DNA of 64,000 bases from Candidatus Pacearchaeota archaeon (GCA_040879785.1 JBBDJR010000006.1:410-64409); one strand, 5' to 3'. Numbered from the stretch's first letter, positions 15,364 through 25,317 are shown. Notes: a model not told the origin generated them from the sequence alone. Translations and numbers: made by a program.

Positions 15364-17376
15364 ATGAAAAAAGCGGCAATAATACTAACATTAATCCTGA
15401 TTTTAATCCCTTTAGTCTCAGCGGAAATAATAATAAACCAACAACCAAAAGAAACTTACAGCCTCGGCGACGTTATTTCTATCCCAGTAACGGTAAAAAC
15501 ATCCTCAGGAATCTCGGGAAATCTTAACATGGATTTAATCTGTAACGGTATGGAAGAAAACTTCTATAAAAACGGAATAAGTCTTTCAGCGGGAGAAGAA
15601 AAAAGAGTAGAATCTTCCCTTGTTTTAACAAAAAATGTGATAGGAGAAATGAAAGGAGAGTGTGTAATAAAAGCCTATGTTGAAGAAGATTCAAAAACGA
15701 CACAGAAATTCAAAATCTCAAATAAAATAAATATTGAAATCAATACAGAAAAAACATCATTTAATCCGGAAGAAACAATCAGAATCACAGGGGAAGCAGT
15801 TAAAGAAAACGGTCAGGCTGCAAACGGATTTATTGAAGCATCCATTATTAACGCAAACAAATCTGAGATTGAGCAACTTGAAACAATTAACAACGGATTC
15901 TTTTCTATAGACATCGCACTTCCCCAGGAGATAATGGCCGGACTCATGACACTAAAATTGGAGGCATACGAAACAGATTCAAGAGATGAAAAAACTAATA
16001 AGGGAACTGCAAGTAAAAGTATAAGAATTAATCAGGTGCCAACAAGCCTGGAAATAGTCTTTGATTTAGAAGAAATAGAGCCTGGAGAAGATCTCCGCAT
16101 TAAACCAGTTCTCCATGACCAAACCGGAGAAAGAATAAACTCCACTTCAACTATAACAATAAAAAACTCAAACGACGAGACTATCCATCATGCTGAAGTC
16201 CCTACAGATGAATTCTATGACTTCCGAATCGCTAATAACGAGCTTCCGTCAGAATGGATGGCTATCGCAACATCAAGCGGATTTGAGAAAGAATCAAAAT
16301 TCACAATCCTTGAAAAAAAAGAGATAATCATAGAAATAACCAATAAGACTCTTACAATAACAAATACAGGAAACGTCCTCTACAATGAAACAGCCCTTAT
16401 CAGGATAGGCGACGAATCACTTAACGTAGACGTTTATCTTGAAGTGGGTGAAAGTAAGAATTATCTAATCAGTGCGCCTGACGGAGAATATAATGTAGAG
16501 GTTATTGCTGGTGAGGAAACAATTTCCCAAAGCATGGCACTCACAGGAAACGCCATAGAAATAAAAGAAATCTCAAACCGGGCAGGAAGTCTAATGAGAT
16601 ATCCTGCAGTCTGGATTTTCGCAATCCTTATCCTCGGATTAATCACATTTATCGTCTTCAAAAGAGGATACCAAAGAACGTTTATTGGATATATCTCATC
16701 CAGAATTGGAAAAAAAGATAAGAAAGAAAAAGAAGATAAAACAGTTTCAGAGCCTATCTCAAAAGGAGCACTTGTAAATTCAAAAAACAGGGCAGAACTC
16801 TCGCTTTCAATCAAAGGAAGCAAACAGGATGCAAGCGTCATGAACATCCATATAAAAAATCTAAAAGAAGTCCAATCAAAGCAGGGCAACGCAAAAGAAA
16901 CACTTCAAAAAATAGTAGATATGGCAGAAAGTCAAAAAGCAATAACTTATGAAAGCCACAACAATTTGTTCCTGATATTTGCGCCAATAAAAACAAAGAC
17001 GTTCAAAAACGAGAAGACATCCTTAGATATTTCAAATAAAGCGGTAGAAATTCTTAAAAACCACAATAAAATGTTCAAACAAAAAATAGACTACGGAATT
17101 TCCTTGGAACACGGAACAATAATCGTCAAAGAAGAAAAAGATTCAATAAAATTCATGACGCTTGGAAATCTCGCAGCAGTCTCAAAAAAGATTGCATCAA
17201 TTTCAGAAGGGGAAGTTTTGTTAAGCGAAAAGATAAATGATAAGTTAAGAAGTCACCTGAAAACAGAAAAACATGAAAAAGGGAATCTAAAATTCTACTC
17301 TATAAAAGAAATGAAAAACCCTGAAGAGCACAAAAAATTCATAAGAGGATTCCTCGAAAGACAAAAAGATAAATAA
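15364..17376 (+). CDS. Single-pass membrane protein: secreted N-terminal region, cytoplasmic degenerate cyclase-like domain
   Basis: Signal peptide MKKAAIILTLILILIPLVSA and TM helix YPAVWIFAILILGLITFIVF. The C-terminal ~170 aa resemble a class III nucleotidyl cyclase fold pattern without the metal-binding Asp residues. Confidence 0.75.
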   Translation: MKKAAIILTLILILIPLVSAEIIINQQPKETYSLGDVISIPVTVKTSSGISGNLNMDLICNGMEENFYKNGISLSAGEEKRVESSLVLTKNVIGEMKGECVIKAYVEEDSKTTQKFKISNKINIEINTEKTSFNPEETIRITGEAVKENGQAANGFIEASIINANKSEIEQLETINNGFFSIDIALPQEIMAGLMTLKLEAYETDSRDEKTNKGTASKSIRINQVPTSLEIVFDLEEIEPGEDLRIKPVLHDQTGERINSTSTITIKNSNDETIHHAEVPTDEFYDFRIANNELPSEWMAIATSSGFEKESKFTILEKKEIIIEITNKTLTITNTGNVLYNETALIRIGDESLNVDVYLEVGESKNYLISAPDGEYNVEVIAGEETISQSMALTGNAIEIKEISNRAGSLMRYPAVWIFAILILGLITFIVFKRGYQRTFIGYISSRIGKKDKKEKEDKTVSEPISKGALVNSKNRAELSLSIKGSKQDASVMNIHIKNLKEVQSKQGNAKETLQKIVDMAESQKAITYESHNNLFLIFAPIKTKTFKNEKTSLDISNKAVEILKNHNKMFKQKIDYGISLEHGTIIVKEEKDSIKFMTLGNLAAVSKKIASISEGEVLLSEKINDKLRSHLKTEKHEKGNLKFYSIKEMKNPEEHKKFIRGFLERQKDK

Positions 17377-17387
17377 TTCTATTAAAT

Positions 17388-18338
17388 TCAACTCTTACTT
17401 GAATTCTTATTTTTTCCGGTATTTTTATTTAAAACACTCTTTTCAGTTTTATCTTTCCCTGAACTTTTTTGAACAGATTCACTTTTCAAATCTGATTTTT
17501 TCTTACCTTTTTTATACTTGTCAATTTCAGATTTGACAATCTTCCTAACATCAGTACTCGAAAACTTCTTTTTAATCATATCACTTTGCCACAACCTTAA
17601 CCCAATTCCAAGGAGGAGTAAAATCAGCCCAAGAACAAAGACAATCCAGAAAACAAAATCAGCTCTGCTAAAAAACACTCGGATAAAGGGCGCAAACACT
17701 CTTCCTGTTACAGATTCCACAAAGTTCGCCAGTTTTAGTAAAGGAAGAGAGGAGATAATTAAAAACGAACCCAAAAAAATTGGAGCATTCTGTTTCTGTT
17801 CAACTAAAAAGAAAACTAAAACCGCTAAGACAAGTAATACCATAAGCGAAAAATAAAACTTATTCTGCCAATAATCTCTTGCATTTTCAGAAACAAGAAA
17901 GAAAGGAAGAGACTTCTCCTTCAAACAACTCCAAAACCCACACCCATAATCATAATAATATGCGCTCTCAACAAAGCCTTCAACAGCCTCCTCGACAACT
18001 ACATCTTCTCCTTCTTCAAAAGACGAACAGGAGAGAGTTACAACATATCCCTCAGAAACAAAAACATACTCCTCATAATCAACGCAATAATCCTCCATAG
18101 AATCTAAGGCCTCGTCAGTCTTCTTCCCTAAATCAAACTCAATAAGACTAAACTCATCAATAGAAAGAGTCTCATCAAAAGTCCCGTTAGAAAGATCAGA
18201 AACAAATGGAGAAAATTCTTCCTGAACATTTTCATATCCAAGGGAAAGCGACATTACATAAAAAATATTAGCTAAAAGAAGTGTTACAAAGAGCGCAACT
18301 GCAAGAATAATTAATAACCCACCTCTAAAAATTCCCAT
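17388..18338 (-). CDS. Multi-pass membrane protein, hypothetical
   Basis: 316-aa ORF with several hydrophobic helices and a K-rich tail. TTTATAAA box exactly 29 nt upstream (18360-18367). Confidence 0.75.
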   Translation of the reverse strand: MGIFRGGLLIILAVALFVTLLLANIFYVMSLSLGYENVQEEFSPFVSDLSNGTFDETLSIDEFSLIEFDLGKKTDEALDSMEDYCVDYEEYVFVSEGYVVTLSCSSFEEGEDVVVEEAVEGFVESAYYYDYGCGFWSCLKEKSLPFFLVSENARDYWQNKFYFSLMVLLVLAVLVFFLVEQKQNAPIFLGSFLIISSLPLLKLANFVESVTGRVFAPFIRVFFSRADFVFWIVFVLGLILLLLGIGLRLWQSDMIKKKFSSTDVRKIVKSEIDKYKKGKKKSDLKSESVQKSSGKDKTEKSVLNKNTGKNKNSSKS

Positions 18339-18376
18339 AAAACCCTAAAGAAACTTCTGTTTATAAATTTTGAGAA

Positions 18377-18829
18377 TTAAATAAAACCATTATAAATTCT
18401 TTCAATTTTCGCTTCTGAAGCCCCAACAGTAGAAGAGATGCACCTCCGGATATTTGCTTCCCTCATAAATAACTCATAGCTTGAAGGAAATTCTATTTTA
18501 TTATGAAGAACTCCCCACTTCCCGGAGTATTCTCCCTCAAATAATCCATTATGACCTTTGCTTAGAAAACAAACCTCTCCTGAAAAATTCCCTTTATAAA
18601 ATCTGAGGAAAACAATCCTATCTCTCTCTTCATCTTCAGGTATAAAATATCCCTTCATGTTTCTCTTATCATATTGTCTCCGAATTCCAAACCCCTTGTT
18701 AGGAAAACCTTCAAGCAAACTATCTTCTATCAAAGAAATCTTGCTTTCAAAATTCCCCAACATTCTCTCAGAGTTTTTATTTTCATAGGACTCTCTCAGC
18801 ATGAAAATTCTATTCATTAAAGAAAACAC
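18377..18829 (-). CDS. Hypothetical protein
   Basis: 150-aa ORF with normal composition. ATATAAAT box ~26 nt upstream. Confidence 0.65.
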   Translation of the reverse strand: MFSLMNRIFMLRESYENKNSERMLGNFESKISLIEDSLLEGFPNKGFGIRRQYDKRNMKGYFIPEDEERDRIVFLRFYKGNFSGEVCFLSKGHNGLFEGEYSGKWGVLHNKIEFPSSYELFMREANIRRCISSTVGASEAKIERIYNGFI

Positions 18830-19092
18830 AAAAGATTATTTAAAAACATTTATATGATCTTCATAACCAATCTAATTAATATCCCACTTAGTTATGATTC
18901 CATCCTTAATCACAATCTCATGCTTATCAAAATTATCGTCCCAGAAAGTTATTGTTTTTGTAATCCCTTCAGTTCCATCAGAAGATTTGTATGACCCTCT
19001 GATATTTCTATGAAATCTTAAAGAAACTTCTGTTTATAAATTTTGAGAATTGAGTATAAACAAGAAATCGTTTATTTAAACTATAAAAACTT

Positions 19093-20091
19093 TTACTCGG
19101 CTCCAATAATTGCCCACTGGCCTCCGCCAGTCTCTGAGAAGGCTACAATAGTTAGGGATTGGTAATCAGAAGTTAAGTCTACGCTATCCTGACCATTTAT
19201 CTTAGATACTGAATGAGGAGTTTCTATGTGCCATGTTACCTGATCCGAATTTGTGCCTACGCCTGCAATAAAGGTGAGAGATCTACCTTTTTCTCTAGAA
19301 CCAAACCCTATAGTAGGCAATGTAACAGGTATAATCTCACCTCCCTCAACCCCTCCATATATAAGATGCAGTATTTCATCATCGCTAGCAACACTAATTC
19401 CTGAAGAAGATACCTCGTAATCAGTAACTTTTTTGTATCGAGCACCATCATACCTAACAGAACCTTCAAATAAAGAGGATCCTATAACATGCAACGGTGA
19501 AGAAGGACTCGTCGTGCCGATTCCAACATTCCCACTATTAAAATAAATATTTGAATCTGACATGCCCCACAAAGAATCTCCGTTCCCGTTTAGATCATCC
19601 CAATCATCAATACAATCATCTTCGCCAATGCAAAGTTCTGACGCCCTAACATCTCCGTCAATATGAAGCAACGATGACGGATTTTTGGTTCCGATTCCTA
19701 CAAAACCATCATCATAATAAATATCCTCTCTGTCCTCATCAACGGCCCCACCGGTCAAACTGAAAAAATTATTAAAAAACGCAAAAGACGAAGATGCCTT
19801 CCCGTTTTCATCGGCTTCATCCCCGTCACCTGAAGGATTTTGCTGGTAAAAATAGCACTCTCCATTTGAACAAAGATGATTTTCGCCATATTCTGAAACA
19901 CAGTCACTATCATCTGAACACTCAGAGCCTTCAACTATCTCAGAATCATCAGACCCATTACTAGGACTAAAAACAATAAAACCTATTACGAGTAATATGA
20001 CGGCAGAAACCCCTATAGACATAAATATCAAGGGAAGATTTGTATCTTTATTAAAATCCCCGCGATGGTTTTTATGATTCTGATTTTTCAT
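19093..20091 (-). CDS. Membrane-anchored surface protein with GIGT..P..L(H) motifs
   Basis: N-terminal TM helix, a Cys-rich ECSDDSDCVSEYGENHLCSNGECYF segment, then FVGIGTKNPSSLLHIDGD and NVGIGTTSPSSPLHVIG. SDSNIYF matches the 1..2839 product. Confidence 0.8.
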   Translation of the reverse strand: MKNQNHKNHRGDFNKDTNLPLIFMSIGVSAVILLVIGFIVFSPSNGSDDSEIVEGSECSDDSDCVSEYGENHLCSNGECYFYQQNPSGDGDEADENGKASSSFAFFNNFFSLTGGAVDEDREDIYYDDGFVGIGTKNPSSLLHIDGDVRASELCIGEDDCIDDWDDLNGNGDSLWGMSDSNIYFNSGNVGIGTTSPSSPLHVIGSSLFEGSVRYDGARYKKVTDYEVSSSGISVASDDEILHLIYGGVEGGEIIPVTLPTIGFGSREKGRSLTFIAGVGTNSDQVTWHIETPHSVSKINGQDSVDLTSDYQSLTIVAFSETGGGQWAIIGAE

Positions 20092-20286
20092 TTAACACCT
20101 CTTAAACATCTACATTAAGAAAAACTATTTTATAAATGTTTCATGAACCATGTCTCCAAAACAAGATAGTTCCATAATCAACACAAAGAAACAACAAAAC
20201 AAAAACCTTTATTAATAATATCAAACTTTATGAGTCATGGAAAAAGAGCAAATGTAAAATTTGCTGCGATTTCCCATTAAAAGAAA

Positions 20287-23200
20287 ATGGAAAAAGAGGG
20301 TAGTGAAAATAAAAAAGATGATTCGCAAAGACCTGACTTTGTGAAATGGTTTTCTGAATTAAATAAAAGCTCCGGGAAGATTGTCGGAGGGAAAGGAGCA
20401 AACCTTTCAGAAATATACAATCTAAAGATTTCTGTTCCTCCTGGATTTGTAGTAACTGCACAGGCTTATGACTATTTCATAAAAAAAGCAGATATCGACG
20501 ATAAGATAAATAAACTTCTTGGAAGCATTGATTATGAAGATACAGGTCAGCTAACAAAAGTCACAAAAGAAATAAGAGATATCATAGAAAAATCCAACTT
20601 CCCTAAGGAAATGGAAGAAGAGATTATCGAAGCTTATGAAACTCTCGGAGCAGAAGAAGAGGGAATAAAGAATCAGCACGCACATGAGATTATTAAAAAA
20701 CCTTCAGAAGAGCCATTCGTTGCCGTGAGAAGCAGCGCCACAACAGAGGACCTTGCAGAAGCAAGCTTCGCAGGACAACAAGACACCTACTTAAATGTTA
20801 AAGGGAAAACAGAACTCTTAAATTCTATAAGAAAATGCTTCGCCTCGTTATTCACAACACGGGCAACTTATTACAGAAATAAAAAAGGTTTCAAACACGA
20901 AGAAGCAAGTCTCGCAGTAATCGTCCAGAAAATGGTAGATGCAAAAAAATCAGGAGTTATCTTCTCAAAGGACCCTTCACAAAAAAAAGAAAACGTCATA
21001 ATAGAAGCGGTATGGGGGCTCGGAGAAGGAATTGTTTCAGGAAGAATCTCGCCCGACAGACACACTCTTGCTAAAGACCCTGATGATCCCCACGACCCTG
21101 ACGACTTAAAGATAATAAAAAAAGAGATAGGAAAGAAAAAAATAGCAATCACGAGAGATTCTTCAGGAGCAAAAGAAGTCGTAAAACTTAATGAGGATAT
21201 TTCAGAAAGGCAGGTTCTCAAAGAACACGAAGTCAAAAAACTTGCAGAAATTGCATTGAAACTTGAGGACCATTACAAAAAACCTCAGGATATTGAATTT
21301 GCCATTGAAGATGACGAAATTTACATTGTTCAGACAAGACCTATAACGACTATGGAAAGTAGAGGTGAAGCTGACGAAGAACACGAGCTAAAAGGAGATG
21401 TTGTTCTAAAAGGACTGGCTGCCTCGCCAGGAATCGGTTCAGGAAAAGTAAGAATAATCAAAGACATCTCCGACCTTGAAAAAATAAGAGAAGGAGACAT
21501 ACTTGTAACATCAATGACCAATCCCGATATGGTTGTAACGATGCAAAAATCAGCTGCGATAGTTACCGATGAAGGCGGCCTCACTGCACACGCGTCGATA
21601 GTTTCAAGAGAAATGGGAATCCCCGCAATCGTCGGAACTCAGGAAGCCACAACAAAACTAAAAGATGGAGAAACAATAACTGTGAATGGATATACCGGAA
21701 AAATATACAAAGGAAAGGTTGCAGAAAGCGAACAAAAGGAAATAAAACCCGTAACTGCGGAGACTAAAACAAAAATAAAAGTTATTGTTGACCTTCCAAG
21801 TTTTGCTAAAAGAGCTGCTGAAACCAAACTAACAGGAGTGGGCCTTGCAAGAATGGAAGGAATAATCGCAGAATCAGGAAAACACCCTGCATATTTTCGT
21901 GATAAAGAAAAAACAAAAGATTACGAAGAACTAATATTTGACGGTATTTCCAAAATAGCAAAATATTTTGAAGAGTTATGGGTGAGGACTTCTGACATAA
22001 GAAGTGATGAATTCAGAGAGCTTGAGGGTTCTCCAAAAGAAAAAGAAGCCAATCCGATGTTAGGGATGCACGGGATAAGATACAGTCTAAAAAACCCCGA
22101 GATATTCAAAGCAGAACTGAACGCAATGAAGCGCGTTTCAGAAAAAGATAAGAAAATAGGAATACTTCTCCCCCAGGTCATCTCTATAGAAGAAATAAAG
22201 AAAGTTAAAGAAATTCTAAAAGAAATCAATTTTACTAAAGCAAAGATTGGTGTAATGATAGAAACGCCCGCTTCGGTCCAGATAATAGAAGAGATATGTG
22301 AGGAGGGAGTTGATTTCATTTCTTTCGGGACTAACGACCTAACGCAATACACTCTTGCAATAGACAGAGGAAACCGCCAGGTACAAAACATCTACAACGA
22401 ATTACATCCCGCAGTCCTGCACCAATTAGAACACGTAATAAAAGTATGTAAAGAAAACGAAACAGAAACAAGTATCTGTGGTCAGGCTGGAAGTAAAAAA
22501 GAAATGGCAAAGTTCCTTGTTGAGCAAGGAATAGATAGTATAAGCACAAACGCAGATATGGCATCAACAATTGCAGAATATGTCTCAGGCCTTGAGAAAG
22601 GTGAAGAATCTGAAAATAAAGATGATGAAAACAAACAGAGCAAAGAGATAGAAGATAAATCGATTCCCGAGAAAAACCTGACAGAATCAGAAACCGAACA
22701 AGAAGAAACATCAGGGCAGGAAGAGCAGGAAAAAGAAGAGATAGAAACAGAGGATGAAGAAATAGAAAATGAAGGGGAGTCGGAAAACGAAAAAGTACCT
22801 GAAGAATCTCCGGAAGAGGACAAAGAAGTAGATGAAGGAGAGGACAAGGATGAAAACAAGGATGAAAATCACAGCTCAGAGAAAAAAGAACCCGGAGAAG
22901 AGATAGAAGATATGGGAAAAGTACAAGAAACGGAAAAACCCGAAGAGACCTCTAAACAAGAAGAGCAAGGAGACGAAATGGAAGAGAAACAATCAGAACA
23001 ATCTCGGGATGAAGATAATGATGATGAAAGTGAATCTAATGAAAATGGTGAAAAAAACAAATACTGGGAAAAACAACCAGAAGAGAAATCTCCTAAAGAA
23101 GACGAAGAGAAAGAAGAAGAGGATGAGCTCCCAAGTATAAATGGTGCAGAACCTCCTGAAAAAGAAGAAAGTGAAGAAGACCTCCTTGAAGACGAACTCG

Positions 23201-23436
23201 GAGTTATCAATAATGTGAAAGAAAATGTTGAAAGAGGAAAAGATGCCGTAGAAAATATTGTGGATAGCGCATCAGGAGATAATTCTAAAACTGAAGAAGA
23301 GACAGAAAACGAGGAGAAAAACGATAATAGAAAAAGTACAGAAGACAAAACAAATGAAGGCGAAGAAAATAAAAAAGACAATAAGAGCAACGAAGAAAAA
23401 GATGATAGAAATGACGAAGTTCTTGATATTTTCTGA
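20287..23436 (+). CDS. ppsA: Phosphoenolpyruvate synthase (pyruvate, water dikinase) with ~280-aa acidic C-terminal extension
   Basis: GGKGANLSEI N-terminal ATP-grasp region, GGLTAHASIVSREMGIPAIVG phospho-His domain, and C-terminal PEP-utilizer barrel (FISFGTNDLTQY). An E/D/K-rich tail starts at ~22600. Confidence 0.85.
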   Translation: MEKEGSENKKDDSQRPDFVKWFSELNKSSGKIVGGKGANLSEIYNLKISVPPGFVVTAQAYDYFIKKADIDDKINKLLGSIDYEDTGQLTKVTKEIRDIIEKSNFPKEMEEEIIEAYETLGAEEEGIKNQHAHEIIKKPSEEPFVAVRSSATTEDLAEASFAGQQDTYLNVKGKTELLNSIRKCFASLFTTRATYYRNKKGFKHEEASLAVIVQKMVDAKKSGVIFSKDPSQKKENVIIEAVWGLGEGIVSGRISPDRHTLAKDPDDPHDPDDLKIIKKEIGKKKIAITRDSSGAKEVVKLNEDISERQVLKEHEVKKLAEIALKLEDHYKKPQDIEFAIEDDEIYIVQTRPITTMESRGEADEEHELKGDVVLKGLAASPGIGSGKVRIIKDISDLEKIREGDILVTSMTNPDMVVTMQKSAAIVTDEGGLTAHASIVSREMGIPAIVGTQEATTKLKDGETITVNGYTGKIYKGKVAESEQKEIKPVTAETKTKIKVIVDLPSFAKRAAETKLTGVGLARMEGIIAESGKHPAYFRDKEKTKDYEELIFDGISKIAKYFEELWVRTSDIRSDEFRELEGSPKEKEANPMLGMHGIRYSLKNPEIFKAELNAMKRVSEKDKKIGILLPQVISIEEIKKVKEILKEINFTKAKIGVMIETPASVQIIEEICEEGVDFISFGTNDLTQYTLAIDRGNRQVQNIYNELHPAVLHQLEHVIKVCKENETETSICGQAGSKKEMAKFLVEQGIDSISTNADMASTIAEYVSGLEKGEESENKDDENKQSKEIEDKSIPEKNLTESETEQEETSGQEEQEKEEIETEDEEIENEGESENEKVPEESPEEDKEVDEGEDKDENKDENHSSEKKEPGEEIEDMGKVQETEKPEETSKQEEQGDEMEEKQSEQSRDEDNDDESESNENGEKNKYWEKQPEEKSPKEDEEKEEEDELPSINGAEPPEKEESEEDLLEDELGVINNVKENVERGKDAVENIVDSASGDNSKTEEETENEEKNDNRKSTEDKTNEGEENKKDNKSNEEKDDRNDEVLDIF

Positions 23437-23448
23437 GAACTATAAATA

Positions 23449-23456
23449 TTTATAAA
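23449..23456 (+). promoter_or_regulatory. TATA box TTTATAAA, 29 nt before ATG 23478
   Basis: Consensus box at fixed spacing. Confidence 0.6.
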
Positions 23457-23477
23457 TTAAAAAAACTCTAATAATAT

Positions 23478-24491
23478 ATGGCTAAGGCTTCTAAAGAAAA
23501 GGGGAAAGTAAAAGCAACAAAAAAATCCGGGAAATCTGGTTCTGAGCACGCACCGGTACTTTACAAAACAACCGTCTCGGGAATTATTGAAACAGATGAA
23601 GATACCAAAAAAAAGAAAAAAACCGGGAAAAATAAAGAAACAACAAAGACTTCTAAAAAAACCAATAAAAAAAGGACTCCTAAAAAAATAACCAGAAAAA
23701 CAGATAAAAAGAAAACCGGGAAAAAACACGCTAAAAAAAAGACTACAAAAAATAAAAGTAAACCCTCAAAATCTCATGAAAAAAGAGAGATTGAGAGGAT
23801 GGAAAAAAAGATTTCTCATGAAAAAGAAAAGGAGACCGACAAAGCCCTCACAGATAATTTTATTGCCCTTCAAAAAGTAATGGTAAACCTCTCATCAAAA
23901 TTTGACGGCCTTTCCACGCAAATATCAAAGCTACTTGAACTATTTGAAATATCTGCAAAATCGCTCGCCCAAAAAGACTTTGAAAAGAATAAAGAAAACA
24001 AGGATTCAAAAGAGATTCTTGAAAAACTTGATAACATCTCACAACAAGCAGGTCTAATCGGGAAGGGTCTTGTCCTTATCCATGAAGCAAGCGGAGGGAG
24101 AGGTTTCTCGACCGAATCAGGAACAGGACCTCAAAGCCACGAAGAAAAAATGAAAGGGATGCAGGCATCAAGAGGAATGAAACCTGTACCTTCAAGAATT
24201 CATTCACAACCGACAGCTCCTGAGAAAAAACAAGTGAAAACTCAAAACAGAGATCAAGAAGAGCAAGAGGAAAGTTCTAACGAAGATGAAATGAGTCCAG
24301 AATCTACAGAACAGCAACAGGGTTCTCCCGGGCAAACAAACCAGGAACAGCCAACTCCAAATCCCCTCAAAATGAATCCTCAACAAAACCAACAAACAAA
24401 TCCCAACCCAAACATGCAACAGGAACAAGAACCAGAGCAAAATCAAAACACAGAACCGGATAATAATCAGGAAAATCCCCAATCCAACTGA
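23478..24491 (+). CDS. Hypothetical protein: lysine-rich N-terminus, coiled-coil middle, Q/N/P/E-rich tail
   Basis: 337-aa ORF with a promoter at -29. The central non-repetitive segment is ALTDNFIALQKVMVNLSSKFDGLSTQISKLLELFE. Confidence 0.65.
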   Translation: MAKASKEKGKVKATKKSGKSGSEHAPVLYKTTVSGIIETDEDTKKKKKTGKNKETTKTSKKTNKKRTPKKITRKTDKKKTGKKHAKKKTTKNKSKPSKSHEKREIERMEKKISHEKEKETDKALTDNFIALQKVMVNLSSKFDGLSTQISKLLELFEISAKSLAQKDFEKNKENKDSKEILEKLDNISQQAGLIGKGLVLIHEASGGRGFSTESGTGPQSHEEKMKGMQASRGMKPVPSRIHSQPTAPEKKQVKTQNRDQEEQEESSNEDEMSPESTEQQQGSPGQTNQEQPTPNPLKMNPQQNQQTNPNPNMQQEQEPEQNQNTEPDNNQENPQSN

Positions 24492-24558
24492 ATCAATTAA
24501 TTTAAAAAACGCGGGAATACTAAATTAAAATAAACATAATTTTATACGAATTAATAAA

Positions 24559-25317
24559 ATGCTTAAACAAACCTCTAAAAACTTTAAAGAATTTTTCATA
24601 CTTGAATTTACAAAAGAGCTAATAAGAAGCACTGATAAATACCAGGAGATATTAATTAAAAAAGAGGTCAGGGAGGTTCTTTCTTTCCACGAACTGGAGA
24701 AAAAACTGAGAGAGAAAAGAGAGCGCAAAGAAAGAGAAAAGTTTGGGGAGATAGTCCACGAAAAATTAAAGAAAGATAATGAAAGAATTAATAGATTAAA
24801 AAAAGAAGAGCCTCTTCAGGAATTTGCCTTTAATAAAAAACCTATAAAACAAAGGTATCTAAAACCTGGGAAAACCGAATTAAGAAAACCTCATCCACAA
24901 TCAGAAAGAACAAAACAAGGAATTTCATCTCCTCTTAGAATTCCTGAGTTAATGCTTCCTAAAACAGTCAGACACATAAAACCTCAACCTCTCCCTGGAG
25001 AAGTAGACTTAGGAAAACTAAATAACTTAGTCAAAGACCCTCTAGTTAAAGAAATAGAATGCAACGGTCCCGACACAAAAATTATAGTAAGAGGCGCTAT
25101 GGGAAGGAAAAGCACCTCAATCGTACTCACAAAAGAAGAAATAGACAGAATAATTAAAAGATTTTCTGAGGCCGGAAGAATCCCTATCAGCACCGGCGTC
25201 TTCAAGGTTGTTTACGGAAGTTTGATTCTATCTGCAATAATCTCCGAAGTAATTGACTCAAAATTCATAATTAAAAAGATGCCAAAGCCTCCATTAAGAG
25301 TCCCTTTTAGAAGATAA
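24559..25317 (+). CDS. Protein with FlaI/GspE/VirB11-type N-terminal domain but no ATPase domain
   Basis: LGKLNNLVKDPLVKEIECNGPDTKIIVRG...TSIVLTKEEIDRIIKRFSEAGRIPI...SKFIIKKM matches the pre-Walker-A region pattern of secretion ATPases. The ORF stops before any P-loop. Confidence 0.5.
   Translation: MLKQTSKNFKEFFILEFTKELIRSTDKYQEILIKKEVREVLSFHELEKKLREKRERKEREKFGEIVHEKLKKDNERINRLKKEEPLQEFAFNKKPIKQRYLKPGKTELRKPHPQSERTKQGISSPLRIPELMLPKTVRHIKPQPLPGEVDLGKLNNLVKDPLVKEIECNGPDTKIIVRGAMGRKSTSIVLTKEEIDRIIKRFSEAGRIPISTGVFKVVYGSLILSAIISEVIDSKFIIKKMPKPPLRVPFRR

Noticed and set aside
20871-23390. Multiple minus-strand ORFs (up to 173 aa) inside ppsA
   Set aside because: They are Ser/Phe/Leu-rich antisense translations of an E/K-rich coding region, and the ppsA frame has clear catalytic motifs.
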